Shown piece by piece: positions 48,993-61,200 of a DNA stretch of 64,000 nucleotides. Location: the NCBI GenBank assembly GCA_013239625.1, contig MU053810.1, positions 2,367,518 to 2,431,517 of the forward strand. Reading direction: 5' to 3'. The notes below the pieces were generated by a model. That model worked only from the letters and a program-made list of their open reading frames with translations, did not search any database and was not told the origin of the DNA. Origin of the DNA: Lama guanicoe. Its lineage: Eukaryota. The position numbers and the translations under genes are program-made. Position 1 is the stretch's first letter. Each line of letters begins with the position of its first letter.

Positions 48993-50559
48993 CCAGACCA
49001 GCTCTGCTCCATCATTTTCAATCACTTTTCCTGGCTGCTTAGCTTTGCACCAGGGTCTCCTGCCTTCCCAAGGATTCAGAGCTGCCTTTATTTAATAAAT
49101 CACTTTCCTGCATAAATAAGCCAGTTCTGTTTCTGTTGCTTGCAACTAAGAACACTAACTAGACACTTCGAAAACAAGAATTTATTAGTCTCATCTGCAT
49201 CTTACAATCCGAAATTACAAAAGCAAAGTGATCTAATTCATAACTGAATTAAGAAAAATTAATTAGATGACCCTGAAGGTATACTTTCTGCAAAATGAAA
49301 TTACAATATTTGCCCCAAATAGGCATCAAAAGCCTTAACACTTTGTTTGCCATGTGGCTCAACATATCTGTTGCTAATTAACTGTCCTAAGGAAATAACT
49401 GGACAAGAGCTCAAAGGTGAACACACAATGATTCTTCCAAGGCATTGTACGTAATAGCAAAAAATTAGAAACAAATCAAAATCAAGGTAGTATTTAAATA
49501 AATTATAATACATCTGTAGTGGAATACTTCACAGCTGCTAATAGTGGCATGGCATTACAGAAGTATTTTTTAATACGGAAAAAAAATCCCATGTGCAGTT
49601 TAAAAAAAAAACAAGGTCAAGAACAGTCTATTCAGTGAGACCTCACTTTTAAAGAAACAAAAATACGTAAATTTTGGAGAAAATTCTGAAAGGATATATA
49701 CCAATATATTAATCAACATTATACTGAGGTAGTAGAAAAAACACGGTTTTTATTTTGACCTTATAGTTACATGTATTTATGACTGTTCTGGACTAAGCAT
49801 TAATTACTTACCAAGTTTTTTTTATAATAACAATAGCTGCTCTAAGGCACAAAAATATTATAGTGTACAAAAGAATGATCGTCACTAAAAATTCCATAAA
49901 CCTGCAGTTAAGGAAGGCCTCCACAGGAGAAGATATACGACAATCTTCCAAACAATTTAACATATAATTTAACAATGCATTACTAGGGCTGTTATGATTA
50001 ATAACAGTAGGCACAAAAATAATGCCAAGATTATGCACGAACAATTAGCTGTCAAATGTGAATCAATATGGGAATTCATTCAATACTAAACGTATGAACC
50101 TAAGACTGTCTTCAGCATCAGTAGCAACAAGATGTCTTGGAATAAAACCAATTATAAGGGATCAAAATGTACTGGCCAATAAAACAGGCACCGGATTATG
50201 TAAAGATATTAAAGCAGTGGATATTACTGATACCATAATTACTCCTAGCAGGAACACTTTTAAAACCTAAGGAGACAGCATCAAAGAAGCCGCTCTGGCA
50301 GAAGAATTAAAGCAAATGTGTAAATCGAACACTAGTAAATTAAATTCTGTTGTCCTGGCAACTCAAATGCGCTGGTAAATAAGTTATTCGACATCTTACA
50401 GAACTTGGAATTTATCGTGTGTTAGCAAAAATTCAGAAGTCATTCTGGCTCAGAGTAAGTTCTAGTCATGGAGTCGGCCCCCAGCACCTGAGAGGTGACC
50501 GGTGAGGGCAGTGAATCTCTTGCACACACAGCCTGCACCGGAGGGAGGTCCCCTCCTGA

Positions 50560-50840
50560 TCGGCTCTCCTGCCTTCCCCACCGCCTTCCCCAGCGGGCTC
50601 TGACCCGGGAGCCTGACCTACAAGGCCTACATCACAGGCACTCATGACCTTTCTTGGGCTTCCAGTTGGGTTTCACCGGTGGGAAACACCTGCAGGAGAT
50701 CAGAGGGTGGGACAAGAACAAGGTGGAGGTAGTGTTCCCTCTGTCTCACCCCCCTCCACACAGGCTGGCTGCTTCCCTCGCCTGAGGCCACAGGACTGGA
50801 AACACAACCCTCTCCTCACAGCCCGTCTGTACCTATGGTG
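50560..50840. mobile_element. LTR33-like ERVL LTR fragment
   Basis: GGCTTCCAGTTGGGTTT..CAGGAGATCAGAGGG motif. Confidence 0.5.
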
Positions 50841-50859
50841 CATTTGACTTAGTTGACTC

Positions 50860-52535
50860 CAAGGAGCCTAGCACCTCAGTGGCTTAAGTCAAGAAAAGTT
50901 TATTTGTTGTTCACACTGTAGTGCAATGAAGATCAGCACGTGGTGGGAGGGGTCTACTCCACAAAGCCATCAAGGGCTCCAGTCACTTTCTTCTCACGTC
51001 CCCACTCTTCCTTAGGGCCCCTTGTTCTTGCTGCAGACATGGGAAGAGCCAGAGCACAGACTCAGGCCTCGAAGTCACATCCATGACCCCCACTCACGTT
51101 CCGCTGGCCAGAACTCAGTCACACGGCCCCACCTAACTGCAGGGGACTGGGAAGTGCAGTCCAGCTGTGTGGCAAGGAAGAAAACAGGAGAGTCCAGTGA
51201 ACTGCTAGCCAGCCTCTACTTCACCCTTCCAGGGGTAGCTGCATCAGTTAGGACTGCATTTGGCACTATGTGCCCAAAACTGAACTTCAGTGACTTAAGC
51301 AAATAAGGGCTTTCGTTGTTCATTTTTATATACCATCTGGGGGTGGTGGGTGATTCAGAGCTGTTCAAGGAGCCAGGATTCTCCTCCTTATTTCTCTGCA
51401 ATCTTTAAATGATTCACATTCTCCTGGTTGCAAGATGGCTCTAGATCGCCTGTCCAGAGGGCAAGAGAAAAAGGGAGGGAAAAAGGACAAAGGACAAAAG
51501 ACAAAAGAGATGTATCTGACAAGTTTGGTCCCTTTCTTCAAAAGCTTCTCTAACAGACTGTCTCCTTCATGGCCGTGTGACTTTCAACGAAGCCTGGGGT
51601 AGTGTTGCCAGATAAACCACTGGACATTCTATTAAACTCAAATTTCAAACAAATAACAAATTATGTTTTGTATAAGTATGTATGTCTCTTGCAGGGTATC
51701 CAGTTTTTTGTATGTTTGTTTTTGCTAAATCTGGAGAGTCTAGTCTGTGAAGGTGTGTATTTTTTAAGGGCCATATTGCATTTCTGGGGGGAAAAAAAGT
51801 CCAGGTTCTGTTGATTAGGAAGAAGGAGAAATGGACATTGGGTAGGCAACTGGAATCCATGCCTCAGTAACCATGTGACCCAATTACTCGCCAGTAGCAC
51901 ATAAGCAGAGGTCCAAGGGATGCAGCTTTCAGGAAAGTTTTGTCTCTGTCCTGATAAAACTGAGCAGACTTGGCTTTTTCCTGAACCGCAGGCATGAGTC
52001 TTATAAGCCCAGCAGCCATGTTGAGACTTCGAGGTAGCAAACATGAGGACGTGTGGCACACCCTACAAGCTGAGGCTCGGGGAGCAGAATGATGGAAAGC
52101 ACCCAGGTCCTGAAGGGATGGCAGCACTGCCGTGCCACCTGGGGGCCTGCCCCAGCCCAGACAAGACGTACGACAAACTGCCATCTGAGTCGTTGCTACG
52201 TGGTTCGTTCTTTGCTTCCTTCTCCCTCCTCTACCCCCACCCTATTCAACAGAACACATTCCCAGCTGGAACATCTCTCTTTCCTCGGTGTGGATCCAGG
52301 AGTGCTGCTCTGCCTCTTTGTCAGGATGAGAGAAGCAGCCTGAGAATTAAACCAAGACCCCAAAGAAGGTACAGCTGATGGAATTTCCCCCAAACAAATC
52401 CAGACCCACCAGGATGAGCTGACCCTGAAGTCCACCATTCCTCTAGTTGCATGAGCCAACAAATAAATGTCTTTATTGTTTAAAATCATCTGAGTTGGAC
52501 TTTCTTTTCCTTGGAGGAAGACCATCCTAACTGAT
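50860..52535. mobile_element. Cluster of old MaLR (MLT1J/K/L-type) LTR fragments, with a MER53-like hAT MITE at ~51601-51743
   Basis: GGCCAGAACTCAGTCACACGGCC, CAGTGACTTAAGCAAATAAGG, GCATGAGCCAACAAATAAAT..CATCCTAACTGATA; GTTGCCAGATAAA...GCTAAATCTGG inverted ends. Confidence 0.6.
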
Positions 52536-53819
52536 AAAACCAGATTCTTCAGCATAACACATATACTTCTAATGGACTTGACAATATTTATCTCATTATA
52601 CCAAGACATGGAAATAAAATTAACATGAGGTGATATAACATGGCAGGCATCTTTAAATAGGAATATGTACGCTTTTTCAAAAACAAAAGTTCAAAGTGAA
52701 CATCGTACAATTAAATGTCTTTGTCAAGCATATTTTTCCCTATTACTCTGTGTGTTTTGCAAAGCCTGTAAATAGATTAAAAAATTTAGTATTAATTATT
52801 CCCACTGGTTCTGTAGTCATGCACTGAAGGGCTGCATTTTTAAGTTTCTATAATTGGACTCTGGAGACTCACAGAGAAGAAGAACATACGTTAAGATGTC
52901 ATATTCTATTCTCAACATGTGACTGTCATTATCTTCCAACTCAATAATGCTTACAAATGTACAAGCTATGTATGAGCTACTGAAAGTCTTTAAAACTCTA
53001 TAGCTTGACATTTATAGCTACCCTACCAGCAGGAGCTCATTTCAGCTGGGTTGCACTTATTGTTTTAAGCGTGCCCTCTAGGTTTTTTTAAAGCACTGTA
53101 AACTACAAAAAAAAAAAAAACGAAACCACCATCCATATCCTCCATCAGGTTTTCTGTGACTTGAGCTGCGTGTAACAGATTGAGTGGGAGTAAAGGCCAT
53201 GAGGGGGAGTGGGTGATAGGCTAAGCCTGAAGCCTACGTCTGCACCAAGTGATTTGATCATTTTTATCAACGCTATGTAGGGAGGGCAAGTCAAGGAATG
53301 AAACAACAGTCAAAACAGTTAATTCACTGAATTCACTGATACATACAATCAAAATCCTTGACACCATCTAACCAATGCTGCCTCCTTTAACATTTTTGCT
53401 TCCCTGATGAGAAACATCCACTACCCGTGGTCTTCCCTCAAGTAGCAATGCCAAACCCAGTTACAGCAACTTCAAAAACCTATCCGGGTCCAGGCAAAAT
53501 TTGGTCATGTCAAAAGTGTGTTGTCAACTAAGTTGGCCATTGCCAAGGGAGACCTTTTGCTAGACAGGAATCCTCAAGCTAACAGCTATTGTGTGAACAT
53601 GGTGGAAACTCACCGATAGGCGTGGCTACATTCATTCCTGCATGGTAGTTGGGGAAACACAGAATTTCTCTATGATGCTTCGGGTCAGAAGCCTTTCAGA
53701 AATGACCTGCCAAGCTACCATCGGTGTAGCTGCTCTTTTCTAAGGTTATCCACGCTAGAAAAAACATTTTAAGGTTAAAATTACCCAATTCTCTCTCTTT
53801 CTCCCTCCACCCACCCTAT

Positions 53820-54070
53820 ACGCTATGTTATACATTTATTATTATTATTATCATATATTATTATACATTATACATATAAATACACAGTATTATACATACA
53901 GTACATATAGTACTAATTCTCTGTATATCTGAAAGTTAGTACTACATAGGTGCTGGATGTTCAATGCTGTATACATTGTACAGATAATACATCAGAGAGT
54001 ATATTGAATACATTATTATATATTGTATACAATATGCGTATATAACAACTTGTAGATTTACATATACCTG
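53820..54070. repeat. AT-rich low-complexity (TA/TAT) region
   Basis: TATTATTATTATTATCATATATTATTATACATTATACATATA and similar runs. Confidence 0.7.
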
Positions 54071-57029
54071 TAAAACAAAATTCTCCAAAACAATTTTTTT
54101 AATCTTTAAGAAAATTGATTGACTACATTAAAGAACAAATATCTCCCAATGAGGGCAATCCTTGTCCCAGCCCTCCTTACAAGGATTTCCAACACCCAAC
54201 ACATTCTGGGGCAGACAGCTCTGGAGAGCCTTCTCCGCATCCCCAGAATTATCAGAGGAAGGCAGATTATGGCTGGAAAGACATACTGAATAAACCATCA
54301 CTAACATTTCTCAAGATTTGGTGAATCTTTCTATTTTCTACTTCCATTCCTTTGGAATAAATTAAGAAAGCTTTGGTGGAGGGGGTAAAATTGCATAGTC
54401 CTTCAGCTTCGCTTTGCTCATTGGGTGATTTAGGGAAAACTTCAGATATTCATTCCCGTGTCTGCCTCCTTTCCCAAGGGCTTCCCACCGGCCCTGTGGC
54501 TACTGGACTCTCGGTGGCTTCTCACGTTTCTGTTCTCGTTTTATTTTTGAGATAGTTGCCGGTTTTCATCGTACCAAATAGCTGGCTTGACTGCATTTCT
54601 CACTCTTTTAGCTGCTGTGTCAATACTTCAAAACATCCAGTCAGTTAACTCAATTCAGTCAAAAATTGTCACAATGTTTACATTGTGTTGACACAGCCCA
54701 TGGCATTGGAGGAAATACAGCTCATTAAGTTCTTAGTGCTTCTTTAAGGAGCAGAGCCACACACTGTAACAAATGTGACTGGACCACCGTGACAAAAGGA
54801 AGGAAAGGATTACCACTGGGGTGCCAACTATGTGCCAGGCACTGTGTTAGAATTTAGCCACATTTTAGTTCATTTAATCACACATTCATCCAAGCCCTTC
54901 CTGCCATCACCTAGAGTTGGGCTGAAAATGATAGTTTGTTATGGAGTTTCTCTTTACACACTAAGACTCACAAAGAATGCAGAAAAACTAGGCTTCGCAG
55001 TCAAGTTTCATTTAATTTCCTTTAACTTGTACTTGGTTTTGTTGCAGACTGATCTGGCTCCTTTAAGAAATCAGGGTGCAGAGCGCTCAGCCTGAGGGTA
55101 TCACTCACCCAGGGAAAGCAGACTTGAGAGGGGACTGGACACAGGCAGAGAGGTGGCGCTGGGCAAGGGGAGGATGGGGAGACTGGAGAGAGGCATGTGC
55201 TTCAAAGCGAAGGACAGTATCTGTGAAACGCATACTCAAAACAACCCCATCTGAATGCCTAATATGTGCAGTTACAGGGCTAACCCAGAGAGTTTAAGGA
55301 AACAGGAGCAGACACTAATGGGTAGCCGGGGAGTGTTAACGAGACATTGAGCGAAGGTTCTCAGGACCCTGCAGTGGGAATGTCCTGAGGCACAGCGCCA
55401 GGGCAGAAGAGGGCCTGCAGCAGCCAGAGGAGCAGAGAATAAATCAAGAAACCCCGGGAAACTGTCCTATAGCAGCTGTTACCTGTAATATAAATGGTGT
55501 TTATATTTTAAATGAATTATTCTATTTTTGCTCAAAACGTTTGTCTTTAAAAAGAACAGGTGAAACAGCCACGCCTTCTTCACCTGCTTGTCCTCGACGT
55601 CCTGTGCCCAGAGGAAGCTGAGCCCTAATTGTTTGTGAAGCAAAGGAAGCGCTCGTCCTGAAAAGCAACCAGTCCAGCTCTCCCGGACTTTCATGAAAAT
55701 GCCAACGCGGTAAGAGAATTGTCGCAGGCGGAACAGATTTTCCCCACAATTACAGAACTCGGCAGATTCGTGTCTTGAATGACAATCATAGAGACAGATA
55801 ATTAGATCCTAATGTCTGCTCCAATGTTCTGCAGTTCTCAACAACTAATTGGTAATTTACTCATGAATCTCCCCTCCTCTTGTATCTCACATTCACACAC
55901 CGAAAAGTCAGTCAGAGGAAATTGCTTCCTATCTTATGTTTTTCCCTCAAATTAAAAAATTTGTGTCTCGCACGCAGTTTTAAAAGGTATGAAATAAGGC
56001 ATTCTTTGAAGTTCCCAAGGAGTTATTAAGATGCCAGTAAGACTTTACAGATTTATTCCAAGGGAAAAAGGGATGTGGGGGGAGTGGGAGGAAGGAGAGA
56101 AGGAGGGACGGAAGGAAAATGATCCCTGTAGTAAAATCACACACACACAGGACTGTGGGTGCCGGGGGAACAGGTCTTCAGATGTTTCTTTTTCTTATTG
56201 CTAATCCATTCTATTGACAAAAAGATCAGAATCTATACATGTAAAAAGGAGTGAAAAATAAAATTCACTTTTAATTCAATCTCTGTTGAATTAAACACTG
56301 TTGATATTTTTAGGTTGACCCTTAGCATTAGATTCTTTGAAAAAACATCCTATGTTCTTTAAAGTTAATAATAATAATAAATTGAAGGAGGGATCCCACC
56401 GCTACCTCCCTGGCCCATCTCCTAGGATCCAGTTCCCTCACCTGCTGGTGAGTGGCAATACAGTGTGATCCCCACACCCACACCCACAGCCCAGCTGCTC
56501 ACCCAGCTCTACCCTAATACCTCCAACCCTGCGTAGGGACATCAGCTGCCACTTCGCCAAAGTCCTAATGCCCATAACAGGAAGGCGGTCAGATCTAAAT
56601 AATTTAAATGAAGTTTTGGTTTCTCTGTTCTCACATTGCATAGAATTTGGTTAGACACTCTGTGGTGTTTGTGAAATTCACTTTGGGAGACCCTCTGGAG
56701 CAGCTGCCTCTGGAAAAGAATTTCCACCCAATTTAAGCAAGAGGACTTAATTTTCACAGAGCCTGAAGTGTCTACAACTTAGAGAGGAATTTTATTAACA
56801 AAAAGAATACAAAATCATGAATGCAAAGTGTACCCCAAATGAGTATTTATTTAGAATGAAAAAAGAATTTGCAAGTAATAACAAATCTTTAAAACCTGAC
56901 AAATACCACAGATATCACAAAATCCAAACGATATGACCTGTTTATGAACTGGCTGACCCACCACTTGGGTATTTTTCCACAGACTAGCTTCTGGCTCTTC
57001 CCGCTTCTCCTTGGCTCCCAGGCTCCCTG

Positions 57030-57056
57030 CAGTGCCAGTGCCAGTGCCAGTGCCAG
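57030..57056. repeat. (CAGTGC)4 hexamer repeat
   Basis: CAGTGCCAGTGCCAGTGCCAGTGCCAG. Confidence 0.85.
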
Positions 57057-60000
57057 GGGATGGGCTCCTGTCACAACTCAGCCTCTGGCCCTAAGCCTTT
57101 GTGTCATAGAGCCAGACAAAGTTGGCACCGTGGGCAGGAGGGCATTCCTGAAACCCATTCCTGCGCTAGACAGCAGCAACAGTTAGTCTAGAGAGTGACT
57201 TTGAACCACGTGAGCATGTCCTGCTAAGCCCCCTAAATGTATACTCAACTCAGCTTCCTTTAGCCAGATCCCAAAATGGACTGTGGCCACTGCAGGGCCA
57301 CACAGCTTGAGGGCAACTATGACAAAAAGTCAGAAGACAGACACCAACCAACTGCAATGGAAGCGTCTTACTTTTGCCAATTTCACTCAAAACAACTACC
57401 ACATGAACACAGTGCCTCCGGGAAGGGGTCATACCCTGGGGCGGGGGGCCTGTTGAAGGCTCATTAGCTTCTGGATAAACCCACTTCTGGCTCCACAGTG
57501 TCCTCACACTGCTCAACAGTACTTTGTCCAGCCCCCTAGAAGCTGGCATCCCCAGAAAAGCCAAAACCAGTGACAGGTGGACATGTCACCAAATTAGGTG
57601 ACATGTAGAAAATGTACTTGAGAGGTCCTGGAGAGGAGTTCTAGAAGGTTCTCCCAAATGGAGAAGTGAGAAGCCACCCACAGTTCGAGACAGAGAAAAC
57701 AAACCAAACATGAGCCCACCAAGCAAAGTCACAAGGGACACCCTCCAAATTACAGGCATGGATTTGCAAAGGAGCAGCTCTTAGCGAGGGTAACTCAATA
57801 CAGTTCACTCTGATGAGGAGCAGGAGCTGTTTATTTATTTAAGTGTGGTGAACAGTTCTCCATGCCAGGGAGGCCAGCAAGTTCTAAATACAAATCGCCT
57901 TCCAATCATCTGAAACCCTTCATCTTGATAGAACCCTGCTGTTGGAAAAATGTAGGTTCAGGGCATCTCACAACTCCAGGCTCTGCGAGTTATTGGCTAT
58001 GTGAGCCCAGATAAGGTACTTAGCCATCCTGAACCTCACCTTCCTCACCCAAAAAATGGATTTAATAATGCTTGCTCTCTAGGATTGTTGAGGCTTCATG
58101 ATATTTGTGATCATTATTCCACAAATGAAATTTCCAGCCAATACCAGCCATTATTATAAAGCTGTCTTTCCCATTTACCTTGCCATGACGCAATGAAGGC
58201 ACCTGTTCGGTGACCTTGCCTGTTATGCAAATAAATAAATGCTCGGTTGTTAAATAGAGATTAAAATCCCACCTGAAAATTGAGAGCATGCGGTCAGGCT
58301 AGATATTGATCAGCCTTTGGTTTATTAAAAATAAAACCTTTCCAAGGATGTGAGTTGGGGGTGTGTATCTGGGGTGGGTGGGAGTCGAGTAAGAGAAAAA
58401 AGATCAATTACAAGTAACAAGTAAAGTTGATCTTTTTTTTCATAACTGAAGACTCTATAAATTCCAAAGTAGTCAGGACTGATTTAAAGACTAGAACTTC
58501 TGCTACTAAAATACGTACGCTGGGTGTTAAAACTTCTTGAAATTCAAGAGTATCAACATTTGTCACCTTATGTGAACTCCTAGACTCTATTATCATTTTA
58601 TTTTTCCCTCAAACATGCTCATTTTAGCATTTTAAAAATAACTGATACACATTGTAAATTCGTTGCACTTCACAAAAAATTTAAAAATAACTGATATAAA
58701 TGTGCTTGCCTACCCGCTGAGAGCTAAGCCCCCTACAGCCACAGCACACCAAACCACCATCCAATGAAATACGCCCAAGTCAGCCCTCATTTCCAGCCTT
58801 CCAGTGCCTTCTTTCAAGTCCTGCCTATTTTACAGGGAGAACAGATGTGCAGTTTCTTTTTACTTTTTCAGAAACTTTTCAGCAAGTTTTATCAGCGAAT
58901 GGAGTGTTTACATTTCAAAACGCTCTGGACTTTCTCGGTTCTGTCGTCTCTTACGGATCTTTGTGTTGTCCCCCCTTTCAAGTAAACGTTAAGACCCAGG
59001 AACGCATTGTGGTTGCAAGCTCCTTGCTGATGAAGGACAAGGCCTGTGGAAGGAGGCAGAGGAGGTAGGAAGCCTTTTCTCTGTGCTGCCCCTGAGAACC
59101 GCACAGGGAGTCATTCGGGCTGCAGTGAACACTACCAAGCTCACTTCAGTGGGTTTTAGATTATTATCTTCTTTTAAAGTTTCTATTTTTCAAGCTGTGG
59201 AATATCCAACATTAAGGGCTTTTGAAAAGTTTAAATTCTACAGAGTAATTCATTCCAACGACAGATTTTGCATCATTTCGTTTGTTTTCACTCCTCAAGC
59301 CTCATTTTCTCCTGTGAAATCTACAGTATAATTGCTGCAATTACTGGTTGATAGCATTAATTTTTTTGCCACTAATACTTTATGGCTGCTAAACCTAAAA
59401 TTTCTAGCCCTGCCAAATTTACTATTTACTTAAAATATTACACTCCCCACGACACCCAGTATATCACATACAAGATTTCACCAAATTCTTGATACATTTC
59501 CCTGTAAAATAGCTGAAATTTCAAAACAATTTTTTGCTTTCACTGGATAGCTAGATTTGAGCATAATTTTTTTTCCCAACTGGAAATTTTCTGATCTGTG
59601 AACTTAAAGACCCATTTACATAACATTCCTTGATCACACTGCATCCTTCCTTGCCTGAGGACCTTTTCAGGACCTCCTCCCTATCTCCATTCAGAAATTC
59701 CATACTTTAGGTCTATTGTTTGTCTGCTGCAAGGACTCCCAAATTTTTAAGAGTTTTTCTGTTAGATTATTACTCCTCCCTAAAAAAAAAAATTAAGTGG
59801 TACATATCTAATTTAAAGAAAATGAGTATTATTTTGTGTTCAAAATATTTATTCTCCTCATGATCATCAGAAGTGATCTCCAGGCACAGAGACACCTTTC
59901 CCTTGGAGGTGTTTGATGTTTCACCCTCTCTGACTATAAACCATCCCCCCAGGTCAGAGAAAAGCTATCAGCTTTTCCAGAATGCATTTTGCTTTGTCAC

Positions 60001-60579
60001 GAACATCACACTGTCCTTGAATATCACTAAGGGCCATTCAAGAGCACTTGCTTTATCAGGACACCTTGAGAGAGAGAGCTGTGGTGAAAATGTAAATGTT
60101 AAGATTCACAATTTGGAGATAAGCCCTGATTCTTAACATGATATTTAAAATGTTTAAAGGTGTTTCTGGAATGCTCAGATTTTGAGAACCAGAATTAAGG
60201 AAGCAGAGAATGATAGCGTTTCCATCCACAGAGGGTATCCTGTTCCACTCTGCTTACTTGAAGTTACAGCTAATAATCCAAAGTTTTTAATGGATGTTTT
60301 GGCCAAAGACTAATCAGGCTGTCTTGTTGATTTACAGACCTATCTACAGACAAGCATAGTGCTTGGTACACTTTTTTTAAATTAGAACGAAATGCAAAGC
60401 AAAATGACTTTTAAAAATCACTTTTGCCCCCAGCTCTCCGCCCCCCTTCTCGCAGCTGCATCATCTCTAGCTGCAGGAGCAGGGAGCTGGAACACACACA
60501 AAGAGAAATTCCTTAAATTGCAGTTACAGACACCCTGAAAAACAGTCAACTAAAACTAGATATTGGGAGAAACAGTGAA

Positions 60580-61200
60580 CAGAGACTCGGAAACTCGGCC
60601 AAAATTGCCGTAGGCGGTCTGATCTTCCGAGGGGGCCCCAGGCAGAGGGGTGCAGGGCCCTCCCTGAGCTCCTGCACTCGCCTGGGCCCCTCGTGGGCTC
60701 CGCTCGGCCAGGGAGGCACACGGGCTGCAGGGCGCAGCGGGTCGCCGGGGCCTTCACGCGTCAGACCGCGCTCAGGGCGCGGACTCAGCCGCGGCCGTGG
60801 GATGGGCAGCGGCTCAGGCCCAGCGTCCAGGGGCGCGGGGTGCGGAGTTTAGGGTGTTCAACGGAACTGACCTCGGCCCCGGCCGCCAGCATCCCGTTCT
60901 CTCTCTGAAGCCCTCCATGGGCCTCACATTTTCGGTTTCTCTTTCCCCATCCTGTGACGCAGGGCCGTGGCTTCCTCAGTGGCGGTCAGAACAGGGTCTT
61001 CCGACCTGAACGTCCAGGACCCAGACGCTGCTGGAGCCCGTTTCCTCCCCCATAACGTGCGGGATTCCATCTTGTTGGCACCTGTCTTCCCCACGCCAGC
61101 CCCGGTGGCCAGAGCGCCGGCCCGGAATCACTGGGAGGGGCCTGCAGGCCCCACCTGCCCGCCAGGTCACCGCCTTCCAGATGGCGATTTAAACAAAGGG
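60580..61200. promoter_or_regulatory. Small orphan CpG-rich island ~35 kb upstream of LASP2 exon 1
   Basis: Abrupt rise in GC and CpG content (CGCG, GCCGCGGCCG) with no recognisable coding exon or repeat. Confidence 0.55.
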
